Sequence record: DRR723986_1723
Strand: one strand, 5' to 3'
DNA: 64,000 nucleotides
Position numbers and translations under genes: made by a program. Under the pieces are notes generated by a model. The model had not been told where the DNA came from, ran no database searches, and saw nothing but the letters and a program-made list of their open reading frames with translations. The stretch's first letter is position 1. Every line of letters starts with the position of its first letter. Below, piece after piece: positions 39,480-48,563 of the stretch.

Positions 39480-40250
39480 ATGACCGAACTCGCACCCCTG
39501 CAATATATCCTGATTGGGCTGATTTTTGTCTGGAGTGGCTTTGTTCGCTCCGGCCTTGGCTTCGGTGGCGCCGTGCTCTCGCTGCCCTTTCTGTTGCTGG
39601 TACACAACGCACCGCTCGTTTACCTGCCGCTGATCTCCGTTCACTTACTGGTGTTTTCATCGTTAACCATCGCCCTGAATAATCGTCGGCGCCTCGGGGG
39701 CAGCAGCGCTCAGAGCACGGTGGACTGGCAGTATTTATGGAAGGCGCTGGCGGTGATGATCGGCCCCAAATTACTCGGCGTGTTCGGTTTGATTACCCTG
39801 CCCAGCGGCGTACTCAGCGGTATTATTTTTAGTATCGTGATGCTGTATTCACTGAGTTATATCTTTAATAAGCCATTTCGCAGCAACAACCGCCTGGTCG
39901 ATGCGGTGTTTCTAATGGCCGGAGGCTATATCAGCGGTACCTCACTCATCGGCGCGCCGCTGATCATAGCGGTGGTCGCCCAACACGTCGCCAAGGAGCG
40001 TCTGCGCGACACACTGTTTGCGCTATGGTTTATTCTGGTGACGATTAAAATGGCTGCCTTCGTCTGGGCCGGTGTCGACCTGCAGCTCATTCACCACCTC
40101 TGGTTGCTCCCCTGTGCTGCCGTTGGCCATGTTATCGGCCTGCGGGTGCACGACCGCTTGCTACAGGCCGAAACGCCGATATTTTTCCGGGTAGTGGGTA
40201 GCGTGCTGTTGGCCATTAGTGTGGTTGGTTTATTTTCAGCGTTTCGCTAG
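39480..40250 (+). CDS. TauE/SafE-family membrane transporter
   Basis: SGFVRSGLGFGG motif; about 8 TMs. Confidence 0.8.
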   Translation: MTELAPLQYILIGLIFVWSGFVRSGLGFGGAVLSLPFLLLVHNAPLVYLPLISVHLLVFSSLTIALNNRRRLGGSSAQSTVDWQYLWKALAVMIGPKLLGVFGLITLPSGVLSGIIFSIVMLYSLSYIFNKPFRSNNRLVDAVFLMAGGYISGTSLIGAPLIIAVVAQHVAKERLRDTLFALWFILVTIKMAAFVWAGVDLQLIHHLWLLPCAAVGHVIGLRVHDRLLQAETPIFFRVVGSVLLAISVVGLFSAFR

Positions 40251-40270
40251 GGCGACGCGCTACCTTCTAT

Positions 40271-41695
40271 TCAGGAGATCGCTTCCGCCACTGGCTGCCC
40301 GCGCCGGTAAATACGACTGACCCCATACACCGCCACCCCGGCAAGAATACCGGGCAGGCCTTCATAGACCATGTTGTGAAGGTCGAAATAACGCCACAGT
40401 AGCGCCGTGCTGATCCCAACCACACTCATCGCAATACTCACGCCCTGGCCTGGGCGGCCGCCAAAAATAAGCACCAGCAACAGCGGCACAAACGCACTGG
40501 CTAATCCGGACCACGCCATAACCACCATGGCGAAAACGCTTTGCGCACTGAGTAGCGCCCAAGCCAGAGCCGTGGCGGTAATACCAAACGTCGACAGCTT
40601 TAGCAGCCAGGGTTTTTCAATATTGTGTGGCAACAAATCGTGGGTCAGTGCCGCCGATGAACTCAAAATTAATGAATCGGCGGTGGAGAGCGTCGCGGCA
40701 AACACCCCGGCGAGAATTAAGCCGACCAGCACCGGTGGTAAAAGCTGTTGCGCCATGGTTGGCAGAGCGAGTTCAGCGTCGAAGCTGCCGGCCTCGGGCA
40801 GGTAGAGCCGCGACAGCAAGCCGACCGACGTGGCCATTAAGTAAAAAGCGGTAAACCACAGGTAATACCACTGGCGTGCGCGGTTCATATCCCCACCTTC
40901 TCGCAGGGTCATAAACCGCACCATCACATGGGGCTGACCAACCACGGACAGGCCGGCAAACAACCAACCCAATGCGAATAACACCGCCCCCATTACGCCG
41001 GGAAAGGCGAGATCCTGGGGAAACCAATTCATATAATCGGGCACGTCGCGCAACTGAGAGAGAGTCGCCTGCGCCCCACCGAGGCCGTCGACCGCCACCC
41101 ACAACAGCAGCCCCATCGCAGAGATCATCACCATCGACTGTGCGGCATCGGTCCAGATTGATGCGCGGATGCCGCCCGCCAGGCAGTACATCAACACCAG
41201 TACGGCACCACTGACCGCCCCCGCCCAAATTGGCCAATCAAACAAGACGTGCAAGGCCTTACTACCGGCAAGCAGTTGCGCGGCGGCGTAAGCGACTAAC
41301 AGCAACAAACAAATGCTTGCAGCCAGCCGTTGGTAGGCGGGTTTTGTGCCACCGGACCAGGACGACAACACGCCGATATAACTGACCTCGCCGCGTTTTT
41401 CCGTCATCGTCCGCAGGCGACGGTGCACAAAGTGGGACGCGATAAAGTCGCCACTAATCCAGCCCAACATAACCCAAAAAGCGGATAAACCGACGGTGTA
41501 GGTATAGCCGATAACGCCAATAAACATATAGCCACTGTTATTCGTGGCCACAGCAGAAAGGCCCACGAGCCAGGGCTTAACGCTATTGCTGGCAAGGTAG
41601 TAATCCTTGCTCTGGTGACTACTAAAGAAAAGGGAAGAGAGGCCAATAAGGACGAATAGGCTTAAAAAAGCAATAAAACTCCAGGCAGTAAGCAT
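40271..41695 (-). CDS. Sodium:solute (proline-like) symporter, SSS family
   Basis: DYYLA, SAVATNNSGYMFIG, GGIRASIWTD, GQPHVMVRFM, AATLSTADS. Confidence 0.88.
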   Translation of the reverse strand: MLTAWSFIAFLSLFVLIGLSSLFFSSHQSKDYYLASNSVKPWLVGLSAVATNNSGYMFIGVIGYTYTVGLSAFWVMLGWISGDFIASHFVHRRLRTMTEKRGEVSYIGVLSSWSGGTKPAYQRLAASICLLLLVAYAAAQLLAGSKALHVLFDWPIWAGAVSGAVLVLMYCLAGGIRASIWTDAAQSMVMISAMGLLLWVAVDGLGGAQATLSQLRDVPDYMNWFPQDLAFPGVMGAVLFALGWLFAGLSVVGQPHVMVRFMTLREGGDMNRARQWYYLWFTAFYLMATSVGLLSRLYLPEAGSFDAELALPTMAQQLLPPVLVGLILAGVFAATLSTADSLILSSSAALTHDLLPHNIEKPWLLKLSTFGITATALAWALLSAQSVFAMVVMAWSGLASAFVPLLLVLIFGGRPGQGVSIAMSVVGISTALLWRYFDLHNMVYEGLPGILAGVAVYGVSRIYRRGQPVAEAIS

Positions 41696-41731
41696 AGGCT
41701 TCCTATTGTTACTGCCCAGTGCCGAGCAGCG

Positions 41732-42622
41732 TTAAATATTATCGTTAACCGTTGGCTCTAGCAGCTCGTGTACCAGCGGGTGCTCACGCAGTGATTCCAG
41801 TGCGGGGTCCCGCTCCAGCTCTTCGCGATAGGCCTCAGCCTGAGCAACCGCTTTGGCAAAGTAGCGAGCGGCATCGTCGAGATTGCCCATTGCCGAGTGT
41901 GCACAGGCCAACTGGTAAAACGCGTGACCGTTGGTTTCGTCGAGACTCAGCGCCTGATTACACAGGTTAACCGCCCACTGGGGCTCACCCTGATCCAGCG
42001 CGGCATCGGCCTTATAGGTAATGGCTTCAATATCGCTGGGGCGAATGGCAAGTATTTGATCGTAGATGCCAATTTTACCCGCCGGACTGGCCTCCTGACT
42101 GGCGCGCAACCACAGCGAATGGATCTCCTGCGTACGGTTGATTTCCTCGCGGTTGGACTCGATGTGCTCAGTTTCTTGTTTGAGCTGTCGCTCTATCACG
42201 CGCAGGCGCTTTTCGTATTCTTCAACGATGTCCGCAACCTGCTCATTGGCAACGCTGTGAACCTTGTCGCGAATATCACGCAGGGAATTCCAGCCGATCA
42301 ACACCAGCGCCGAGCTGACACCGGCGATCAGATAGAAGAAGTAGGTAACCGTGTTGGTGGCGTAAGACACCGCTTTATCTGCAGCGCCAAGCTCGCGATC
42401 CACCACTTCCTGAGTGAGTTCGCGGTGCTTGCGCTCCATATCCACCCGCAGCGAACGCACTTCATCGAGGATATAGCGCTCGATGAAGGGCGAGTAGAGC
42501 GGCTCTTGCAGTTGATCAATATGCTGATCAACTTGTGTGTCGCTGACCTCTTGCTCTGAGTCGGCAAACGCCATTAAGGGAAGTAGCGCTGCCACTATCC
42601 AGCACAGGGTCAAGCCACGCAT
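41732..42622 (-). CDS. Membrane-anchored coiled-coil/TPR protein
   Basis: Signal peptide, one internal TM (YFFYLIAGVSSALVLIGW), coiled coil, TPRs (AFYQLACAHS); start overlaps the ask stop. Confidence 0.8.
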   Translation of the reverse strand: MRGLTLCWIVAALLPLMAFADSEQEVSDTQVDQHIDQLQEPLYSPFIERYILDEVRSLRVDMERKHRELTQEVVDRELGAADKAVSYATNTVTYFFYLIAGVSSALVLIGWNSLRDIRDKVHSVANEQVADIVEEYEKRLRVIERQLKQETEHIESNREEINRTQEIHSLWLRASQEASPAGKIGIYDQILAIRPSDIEAITYKADAALDQGEPQWAVNLCNQALSLDETNGHAFYQLACAHSAMGNLDDAARYFAKAVAQAEAYREELERDPALESLREHPLVHELLEPTVNDNI

Positions 42623-44049
42623 ATTGCCTCTCCGTGATCATGGACTTCTACTAAACAACGGTGCAGGTTGGCGACCGCTGCCTCGTAGTCATCTTCATTG
42701 ATCACGAACTGCATGTCCACTTGACGCATAGACTGGTGCATAGCCAGCACACTGATATCTGCCGACGCCAATGCCGAGACCGTTTTTGCCAGCATGCCAG
42801 GCACTTTCATATCGCTGCCGATGGCGGACACAATAGCCACCTTGCGCGTACTGACCTCTGCCGTGGTAAACTCATCACTGACCGCTTTAACAATGCGCTT
42901 TACCGTTTTCAGGTTGGTGCCCAAGTAGTGGGTGATGGTGTTGGCGTTAATATCTTTGGTGATCACCGTCGCTTTAAAGCGAGAGATCGCACTGAGTATT
43001 TTCTGCTCGTAATCCCACAGCGAGCCGACCATGTCTTGGTCGAAAACTTCCAGCGCGTACACTTGCTTGCGGCCCGCAATAATTTCTACACAGGGTCGCT
43101 CACTGGTGTATTCACCATCGATTAAGGTGCCGCTGTGCTCAGGTTCAAAGGTGTTTTTCACCCGCAACGGAATATTGTCCTGGCGCAGGCCCTTGGCTGC
43201 ACGCGGGTGAATCGCCTCCATGCCGAGGTTGGCCAGCTGATCGGCAACATCGTAGTTAGTGCGGCCGATCGGCACGACCTTCTCGGCACCCACCAAACGC
43301 GGATCAGCACTACTGAGGTGATACTCCTTGTGAATAATCGCTTCGTCGGCCTTACTCATCACCGCCAAACGGCTAAAGGTCATCTCGCTGTAGCCGCGGT
43401 CAAAAGTCGCCATCAAGCCTTCGCTGCAGTAGGCGTAACCGGTGACGATGGGCAGCTCTTTTTGCACATCAATTTTATCCAGCTCGCGCAGAATGTGTGC
43501 ATCCAAGGGGATTGCCGACTCCATTCTCCAACCGGAAAGGTCAACAAAGCGCGCGTTAATACCGTCGCGCTGTAGCAGCTTGGCGGTATTCCAGGCACTG
43601 TGAACTTCGCCAATGCTGGCCAGCATTTCACGCACCGTTAGCAGGTGGTCTTCCAAACCAAAGTGGCCGTGCTGGCACAGGCGGTGCAAGTTGTCCATGC
43701 AGCGCTCGGCCTCGAATAAGCGGCCATCAATAAACGCATTGGCCTCATTGAGCTGCTCGGCGTCGTCGAACAGCTCCTCATTAATTTGGTGCAGGGCTTT
43801 GGCCACATTGCGCAGCGCTTCCCGCCACAATGCTTCGCTGCCTTCGTCGTCGGCAAATAAACCGTAGACACCGGGATTACCGTTGCGCTTGTTCTCCAGC
43901 AGCATGTCGGTCACACCACCGTAGGCAGACACAACAAAAATTCTGCCGTACAGGTGGTCGCCCTCGGCTCCCGCCAGGATGATATTGTCGCGCACCGCGG
44001 CGTAATCGCTCATCGACGTGCCGCCAATTTTTTCTACACTGTGTGACAT
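42610..44049 (-). CDS. ask: Ectoine-associated aspartate kinase (Ask_Ect)
   Basis: EKIGGTSM, VVSAYGG, FDRGYSE, LSSADP; follows ectC. Start reassigned to ATG 44049. Confidence 0.93.
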   Translation of the reverse strand: MSHSVEKIGGTSMSDYAAVRDNIILAGAEGDHLYGRIFVVSAYGGVTDMLLENKRNGNPGVYGLFADDEGSEALWREALRNVAKALHQINEELFDDAEQLNEANAFIDGRLFEAERCMDNLHRLCQHGHFGLEDHLLTVREMLASIGEVHSAWNTAKLLQRDGINARFVDLSGWRMESAIPLDAHILRELDKIDVQKELPIVTGYAYCSEGLMATFDRGYSEMTFSRLAVMSKADEAIIHKEYHLSSADPRLVGAEKVVPIGRTNYDVADQLANLGMEAIHPRAAKGLRQDNIPLRVKNTFEPEHSGTLIDGEYTSERPCVEIIAGRKQVYALEVFDQDMVGSLWDYEQKILSAISRFKATVITKDINANTITHYLGTNLKTVKRIVKAVSDEFTTAEVSTRKVAIVSAIGSDMKVPGMLAKTVSALASADISVLAMHQSMRQVDMQFVINEDDYEAAVANLHRCLVEVHDHGEAICVA

Positions 44050-44102
44050 CGTATTCTCCATTCGATCATTAAAAAGGACGTTTTCCGCGCGCTTTTTAAC
44101 AA

Positions 44103-44486
44103 TCAGTCAATGGGGTAAACGCCATTTTCATCGTGAACTTCCTTGCCACTCAGTGGCGGATTAAATACACAGGCCATTTTCATGTCTTCGCTGCCGCCGC
44201 GAAGCAGGTGCTTATCGTGCTTGTCGAGGATATACAGCGTACCGGGTTCAATTTTGTAGATTTTGCCGTCTTCAACCGTTTCAATCTCGCCATTGCCCGA
44301 CATGCAGTACACGGACTCAAGGTGATTCTGGTAGTGAATCGGCGTTTCGGTACCTGCAAGAATGGTGGTGATATGGAAAGAAAAACCCATATTGTCGTCT
44401 TTCAGCAGCATGCGCACACTTTGCCAATTGCCACCGTCAACTTTGCGTTCTGAATTTTCACACTCTTCTAATGTTCTTACGATCAT
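44103..44486 (-). CDS. ectC: Ectoine synthase
   Basis: [39 protein letters not shown]. Confidence 0.97.
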   Translation of the reverse strand: MIVRTLEECENSERKVDGGNWQSVRMLLKDDNMGFSFHITTILAGTETPIHYQNHLESVYCMSGNGEIETVEDGKIYKIEPGTLYILDKHDKHLLRGGSEDMKMACVFNPPLSGKEVHDENGVYPID

Positions 44487-44577
44487 TACTCGGTTTCCAA
44501 TTTCTTTAGTCGATACAACGGTCCGCCATTACGGCGGACCCAAATCGAGCCCGGGCGGGCCCGAACACAAGGCGGGA

Positions 44578-45849
44578 TTAAGACGCTTTCTTAACGTCTT
44601 TCAACAACACTTCCGAAACGGCATCGGCGACGATATCCATGCCGCGAATCAGCTCGTCTTTGTCGATGGTCAGCGGGCAGAAACATTTTACGATATGCCC
44701 ACGGTTACCACAGGTTTCAATTACCAGACCTCGCTCAAAACAGGCGCGGGCGACTGCATCGGCAGTATCGCCATCGGCAAGGGCAATGCCCTGCATCATG
44801 CCGCGACCTTTAACCGCCGCGCGCGTAACGCCGTAGCGGTCAGAAATTTTCTTAAAGCGGTCGCGCACAATCGCCGACTTTTCGATGATCTCGTTAGAGA
44901 AGCTTTCATCTTTCCAGAAATGGCGGATGGCAGCCGCTGCGGTAACAAAAGCGTGGTTATTACCACGGAAAGTACCGTTGTGCTCACCCGGTGCCCACAC
45001 GTCCAGGTCGGGGCGCAGCAATACAATTGCGCAGGGCAGGCCGTAGCCACTCAGCGACTTCGACATGGTCACAATGTCGGGCTTAATACCGCTGGGCTCA
45101 AAGCTGAAGAAGGTGCCCGTGCGGCCACAGCCGGCCTGGATATCATCCACAATCAACAGGATATCGTGCTTGCGGCACAGTTTTTCCAGGCCGCGCAACC
45201 AATCGCTATTGGCGACATTCAAACCGCCTTCACCTTGCACACACTCCACCAGCATCGCCGCCGGCAGATCGATACCCGACGACGGATCGCTAAGCAGCTT
45301 GTCCATCATCTTGATGGTGTCGGCATCGCGACCGTGGTAACCGCAGAACGGCATACGCGAGATGTCGCCCAGCGCCACACCCGCACCGCCTCGGTGATGG
45401 CTGTTACCCGTTGCCGCAACACTGCCCAGAGTCACACCGTGAAAGCCGTTGGTGAACGATACAATGGTATTGCGACCAGTCACTTTGCGCGCCAGCTTCA
45501 TCGCCGCTTCAACGGCGTTGGTGCCAGTGGGACCAGTAAACTGGAAGGTGTACTCCATATCGCGCGGCTTGAGGATGTTCTCGTTAAACGCGTCGAGGAA
45601 GTCGGCCTTGGCGTCGGTGTGCATATCCAGACCATGGGTAATGCCGTCGCGCATGATGTACTCAACCAGCGCTTCTTTAAGCACTGGGTGGTTGTGGCCA
45701 TAGTTCAGCGTGCCCGCCCCGGCGAGAAAATCCAGGTATTTGTTGCCGTCAACGTCGTACAGGTATTCACCCTGCGCCTTATTAAACGTTACCGGGAATG
45801 AACGTGCATAACACTGCACTTCTGATTCAAGCTGATCAAAAATAGTCAT
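44578..45849 (-). CDS. ectB: Diaminobutyrate-2-oxoglutarate transaminase
   Basis: ESEVQCYARSFP, LNYGHN, GPTGTNAVEAA, DDIQAGCGRTG, SKSLSGYGLP. Confidence 0.97.
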   Translation of the reverse strand: MTIFDQLESEVQCYARSFPVTFNKAQGEYLYDVDGNKYLDFLAGAGTLNYGHNHPVLKEALVEYIMRDGITHGLDMHTDAKADFLDAFNENILKPRDMEYTFQFTGPTGTNAVEAAMKLARKVTGRNTIVSFTNGFHGVTLGSVAATGNSHHRGGAGVALGDISRMPFCGYHGRDADTIKMMDKLLSDPSSGIDLPAAMLVECVQGEGGLNVANSDWLRGLEKLCRKHDILLIVDDIQAGCGRTGTFFSFEPSGIKPDIVTMSKSLSGYGLPCAIVLLRPDLDVWAPGEHNGTFRGNNHAFVTAAAAIRHFWKDESFSNEIIEKSAIVRDRFKKISDRYGVTRAAVKGRGMMQGIALADGDTADAVARACFERGLVIETCGNRGHIVKCFCPLTIDKDELIRGMDIVADAVSEVLLKDVKKAS

Positions 45850-45887
45850 AATAATGTCCTCTTAGCATCCTTTAATGTTGTCGACCG

Positions 45888-46424
45888 CTATTGTTCTAAA
45901 GGGGGTCGAGGGAAGGGTCCGATGCGAAGCAACGCCTCGCTGTCGTGTTTTCCGTGGAAGTGGGCCTCGCGCTCGAACCAGATATCGTGGTTCAGCTCGG
46001 TGTTCATATCCCGAGCAAAGCTGCGGAACAGTGCCCATGACGCCTCGTTGTCTGGCGTGATCGTCGTTTCTAAAAATCGCACATTGGCGCAGGCTGGCCG
46101 CTGCACAATTTCCTGCATCATTTTCTTCGCCAATCCCCGGCCACGTTGACTCTTATCAACCACAACCTGCCACACGAATACCGTGTCGGGCTTTGCCGGT
46201 GGAATGTAAGCGGAAATAAAGCCAACCAGTTGGCCGTTTTCTTCGACGGCAACCGAGGTTTCTGCAAAGTGGGTGCACTGCAGTAAATTGCAGTAGACCG
46301 AATTCGGATCGAGGGGGGGGCTGTTCGCCACCAATTGATTGAGTGGATAGCCATCTTCCGCCGTTGGTTGGCGAAAATTTAGCTCAAAAGCGTCCGCTGA
46401 CGTCGCTTCATTTGATTTCAACAC
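45888..46424 (-). CDS. ectA: Diaminobutyrate acetyltransferase (start GTG/TTG uncertain)
   Basis: PPLDPNSVYCNLL, FVWQVVV, LETTITPDNEASWALF. Confidence 0.95.
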   Translation of the reverse strand: MLKSNEATSADAFELNFRQPTAEDGYPLNQLVANSPPLDPNSVYCNLLQCTHFAETSVAVEENGQLVGFISAYIPPAKPDTVFVWQVVVDKSQRGRGLAKKMMQEIVQRPACANVRFLETTITPDNEASWALFRSFARDMNTELNHDIWFEREAHFHGKHDSEALLRIGPFPRPPLEQ

Positions 46425-46524
46425 AATTTATTTGTGTTCATTGTAAACAGGGCGCAATAATGGGCAAAAATTAGACAATATTTGCCGTTTTCGGCCTGTT
46501 TATGAACTCAACCTCCCAAATAAT

Positions 46525-46571
46525 TACTTAGTACACGAAGCATTATAACCTCGGCACTGAGCATTTTTCAA
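46525..46571 (-). promoter_or_regulatory. ectA sigma70 promoter with overlapping EctR-like pseudopalindrome
   Basis: The minus strand has TTGAAA-N18-TATAAT (46571-46542). TACTTAGT-AC-ACGAAGCA at 46525-46542 overlaps the -10 edge. Confidence 0.6.
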
Positions 46572-46655
46572 ACAAAGGCTTAGAGAGCGATGCATTATAG
46601 CGATGCATTTTTGCCGCAAGCGCACTAAAATGGGCCGATTGCGAGGACATCCAAC

Positions 46656-47177
46656 ATGAAAGATGACGACAATATCGAAGAGGTTTTGATTGCTTTGCGG
46701 CGCGTTACCCGCGCCGTTGATTTGCACTCCAAACACCTGATGAAGACCTCCGGCCTGACAGCGCCACAGATGCTGATTCTGCAAACTCTGCGCGACCAGG
46801 GCGACGCCATCATTTCCGATATCGCCAAGCAGGTGAGCCTGAGCCAAGCGACCGTTACCAGCATCATAGACCGGCTGGAAAAGCGCCAGCTGGTGGTACG
46901 GGAGCGCTCCAGCCAGGATAAGCGCAAGGTGTTTGCCTGCCTGACGGAGCAGGGCGCAGAGATTATTCGCAACGCGCCAACACCGCTCCAGGAATACTTC
47001 AAGCGGCAGTTCCGCGACCTGCAGGACTGGGAACAAATGCAGATCATCAGCTCGCTACAGCGCGTTGCACAGATGATGGACGCGCAACATATTGATGCTG
47101 CACCGCTGCTGGATGTGGGCGCCATCGACCGTCAGAGTGAACATGAGCAACCGAGCTTTGGTTTCAATGAAAAATAG
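46656..47177 (+). CDS. ectR: MarR-family regulator of ectoine genes (EctR/CosR-like)
   Basis: LIALRRVTRAVDLHSKHL, LSQATVTSIIDRLE, DKRKV; divergent from ectA. Confidence 0.85.
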   Translation: MKDDDNIEEVLIALRRVTRAVDLHSKHLMKTSGLTAPQMLILQTLRDQGDAIISDIAKQVSLSQATVTSIIDRLEKRQLVVRERSSQDKRKVFACLTEQGAEIIRNAPTPLQEYFKRQFRDLQDWEQMQIISSLQRVAQMMDAQHIDAAPLLDVGAIDRQSEHEQPSFGFNEK

Positions 47178-47523
47178 TCGCACGGCCGTTGTTCTTTCAG
47201 CCGTGCTGCTGGCCGCTTGCGGCAAGCCCGGCAACAAGGCGGTGATGCCATCATCCCCTGACTTAAAGACGCTCTATATTCAGAGTTGCTATAGCTGCCA
47301 TAGTCGCGGCACTAAAGGAGCCCCTCGCAGCGGCAATGCCGAAGACTGGCGGCCGCGACTCGAAAAGGGCATGGATACCCTTCTGCAGCACACCGCAGGT
47401 GGCTTTAAGGCCATGCCAGCAAAAGGGATGTGCGGTAGCTGCAGCCGCGAAGACTATCGTGCGCTGATTACATTTATGGCCACGCCGCATCAAACCTCGC
47501 CTGACGCGGCCGAAAACGACTAA
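47167..47523 (+). CDS. Lipoprotein cytochrome c5-like protein
   Basis: Start ATG 47167, lipobox LAAC, CYSCH heme motif, GAP..G, MPAKGMCGSC. Confidence 0.85.
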   Translation: MKNSRTAVVLSAVLLAACGKPGNKAVMPSSPDLKTLYIQSCYSCHSRGTKGAPRSGNAEDWRPRLEKGMDTLLQHTAGGFKAMPAKGMCGSCSREDYRALITFMATPHQTSPDAAEND

Positions 47524-47541
47524 GCTAGAACCTCGTGGCGC

Positions 47542-47569
47542 TGATCTAGCGCCAATGCAAACACGTATT
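47542..47569 (+). promoter_or_regulatory. Putative RpoE/ChrR-type ECF promoter
   Basis: TGATCT-N16-CGTATT upstream of the ybgA-phrB pair. Confidence 0.55.
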
Positions 47570-47603
47570 TTGACTCATAAGAACGTGCGCAGAGGACGCT
47601 GCT

Positions 47604-48563
47604 ATGGAACTCCCCCACCCGATTCAAATTGGTATCAGTGCTTGCCTGCTCGGCGACCAGGTTCGTTATGATGGCGGCCACAAGCGCCTCCCTTTTGCTA
47701 CCGATGAGCTCAGCCGACACTTCGACTTTGTAAAAGTCTGTCCCGAGCAGGCCATCGGTATGGGCGTACCGCGCCCAACCATCCGCCTGGTCGGCGACCC
47801 GGAGAATCCGCGCTTACAGGGTAGCAAGGAAGGCCCGGATCTGGATGTCACCGAGAAAATACAGGTTTTCGCCAGCGACACGGCCGCCAAGCTCGGGCAT
47901 ATCAGTGGCTATATTTTTTGCGCCAAGTCGCCCAGCTGCGGCATGGAGCGCGTTCCCGTTGTCTCTGAAACGGGTCAGGGCTTAGGCAAGGTCGGCGTGG
48001 GCATTTATGCTCGCAAGTTGATGGAAGCCTTGCCGCTACTTCCTGTAGAGGAAAATGGCCGCTTGAACGACCTGCCCCTGCGAGAGAACTTTGTACTGCG
48101 CGTTATCGCTTACTCGCGCTGGCAGGCCATACAAGCAGAGGGGCTGACGGTGGCCGCACTGCAGGAATTCCATCGCCGACATAAGTTTTTGTTGCTCGCA
48201 CACAACCAGTCGATCTATCGGCAGTTGGGGCCACTGGTTGCCGACACCCTTAGTGCCAACCTAGAGAAAAGTGCCGACGAGTACATCCGCCGCTTTATGG
48301 ACGCTCTAAAGAAACCCGCCAACCCCAAAAACCATCGCAACACGCTGATGCATATTCAGGGCTTTTTCAAAGACCACTTGGAAAAAGAGGACCGCGCACA
48401 ATTAAGCAAGGTGATTGAGGACTACTCCAACGGCCTGCTGCCACTGCTGGTGCCACTGGAGATGCTGGCCATGTTTTTGAAAAAGTACCAAGTCGACTAC
48501 TTATTGGATCAATACTATTTCGATCCGTATCCGCGCGACCTTAAATTGCGGGTGGGCCTGTGA
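47604..48563 (+). CDS. DUF523/DUF1722 (YbgA-like) protein
   Basis: GISACLLGDQVRYDGGHK, CPE..GMGVPR, KSPSCG, NTLMHIQGFFK. Confidence 0.9.
   Translation: MELPHPIQIGISACLLGDQVRYDGGHKRLPFATDELSRHFDFVKVCPEQAIGMGVPRPTIRLVGDPENPRLQGSKEGPDLDVTEKIQVFASDTAAKLGHISGYIFCAKSPSCGMERVPVVSETGQGLGKVGVGIYARKLMEALPLLPVEENGRLNDLPLRENFVLRVIAYSRWQAIQAEGLTVAALQEFHRRHKFLLLAHNQSIYRQLGPLVADTLSANLEKSADEYIRRFMDALKKPANPKNHRNTLMHIQGFFKDHLEKEDRAQLSKVIEDYSNGLLPLLVPLEMLAMFLKKYQVDYLLDQYYFDPYPRDLKLRVGL

Noticed and set aside
44520-44540. Hairpin GGTCCGCC-attac-GGCGGACC between ectB and ectC as a terminator
   Set aside because: No convincing U-tract directly after the stem on the coding strand; more likely an mRNA-stabilising hairpin.
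44362-45801. 479-aa plus-strand ORF
   Set aside because: Antisense shadow of ectB/ectC with no recognisable motifs; expected from codon bias in GC-rich DNA.
46313-46320. G8 homopolymer in ectA as a phase-variation tract
   Set aside because: It encodes the conserved S-P-P-L segment in frame, is short, and there is no evidence of variation.
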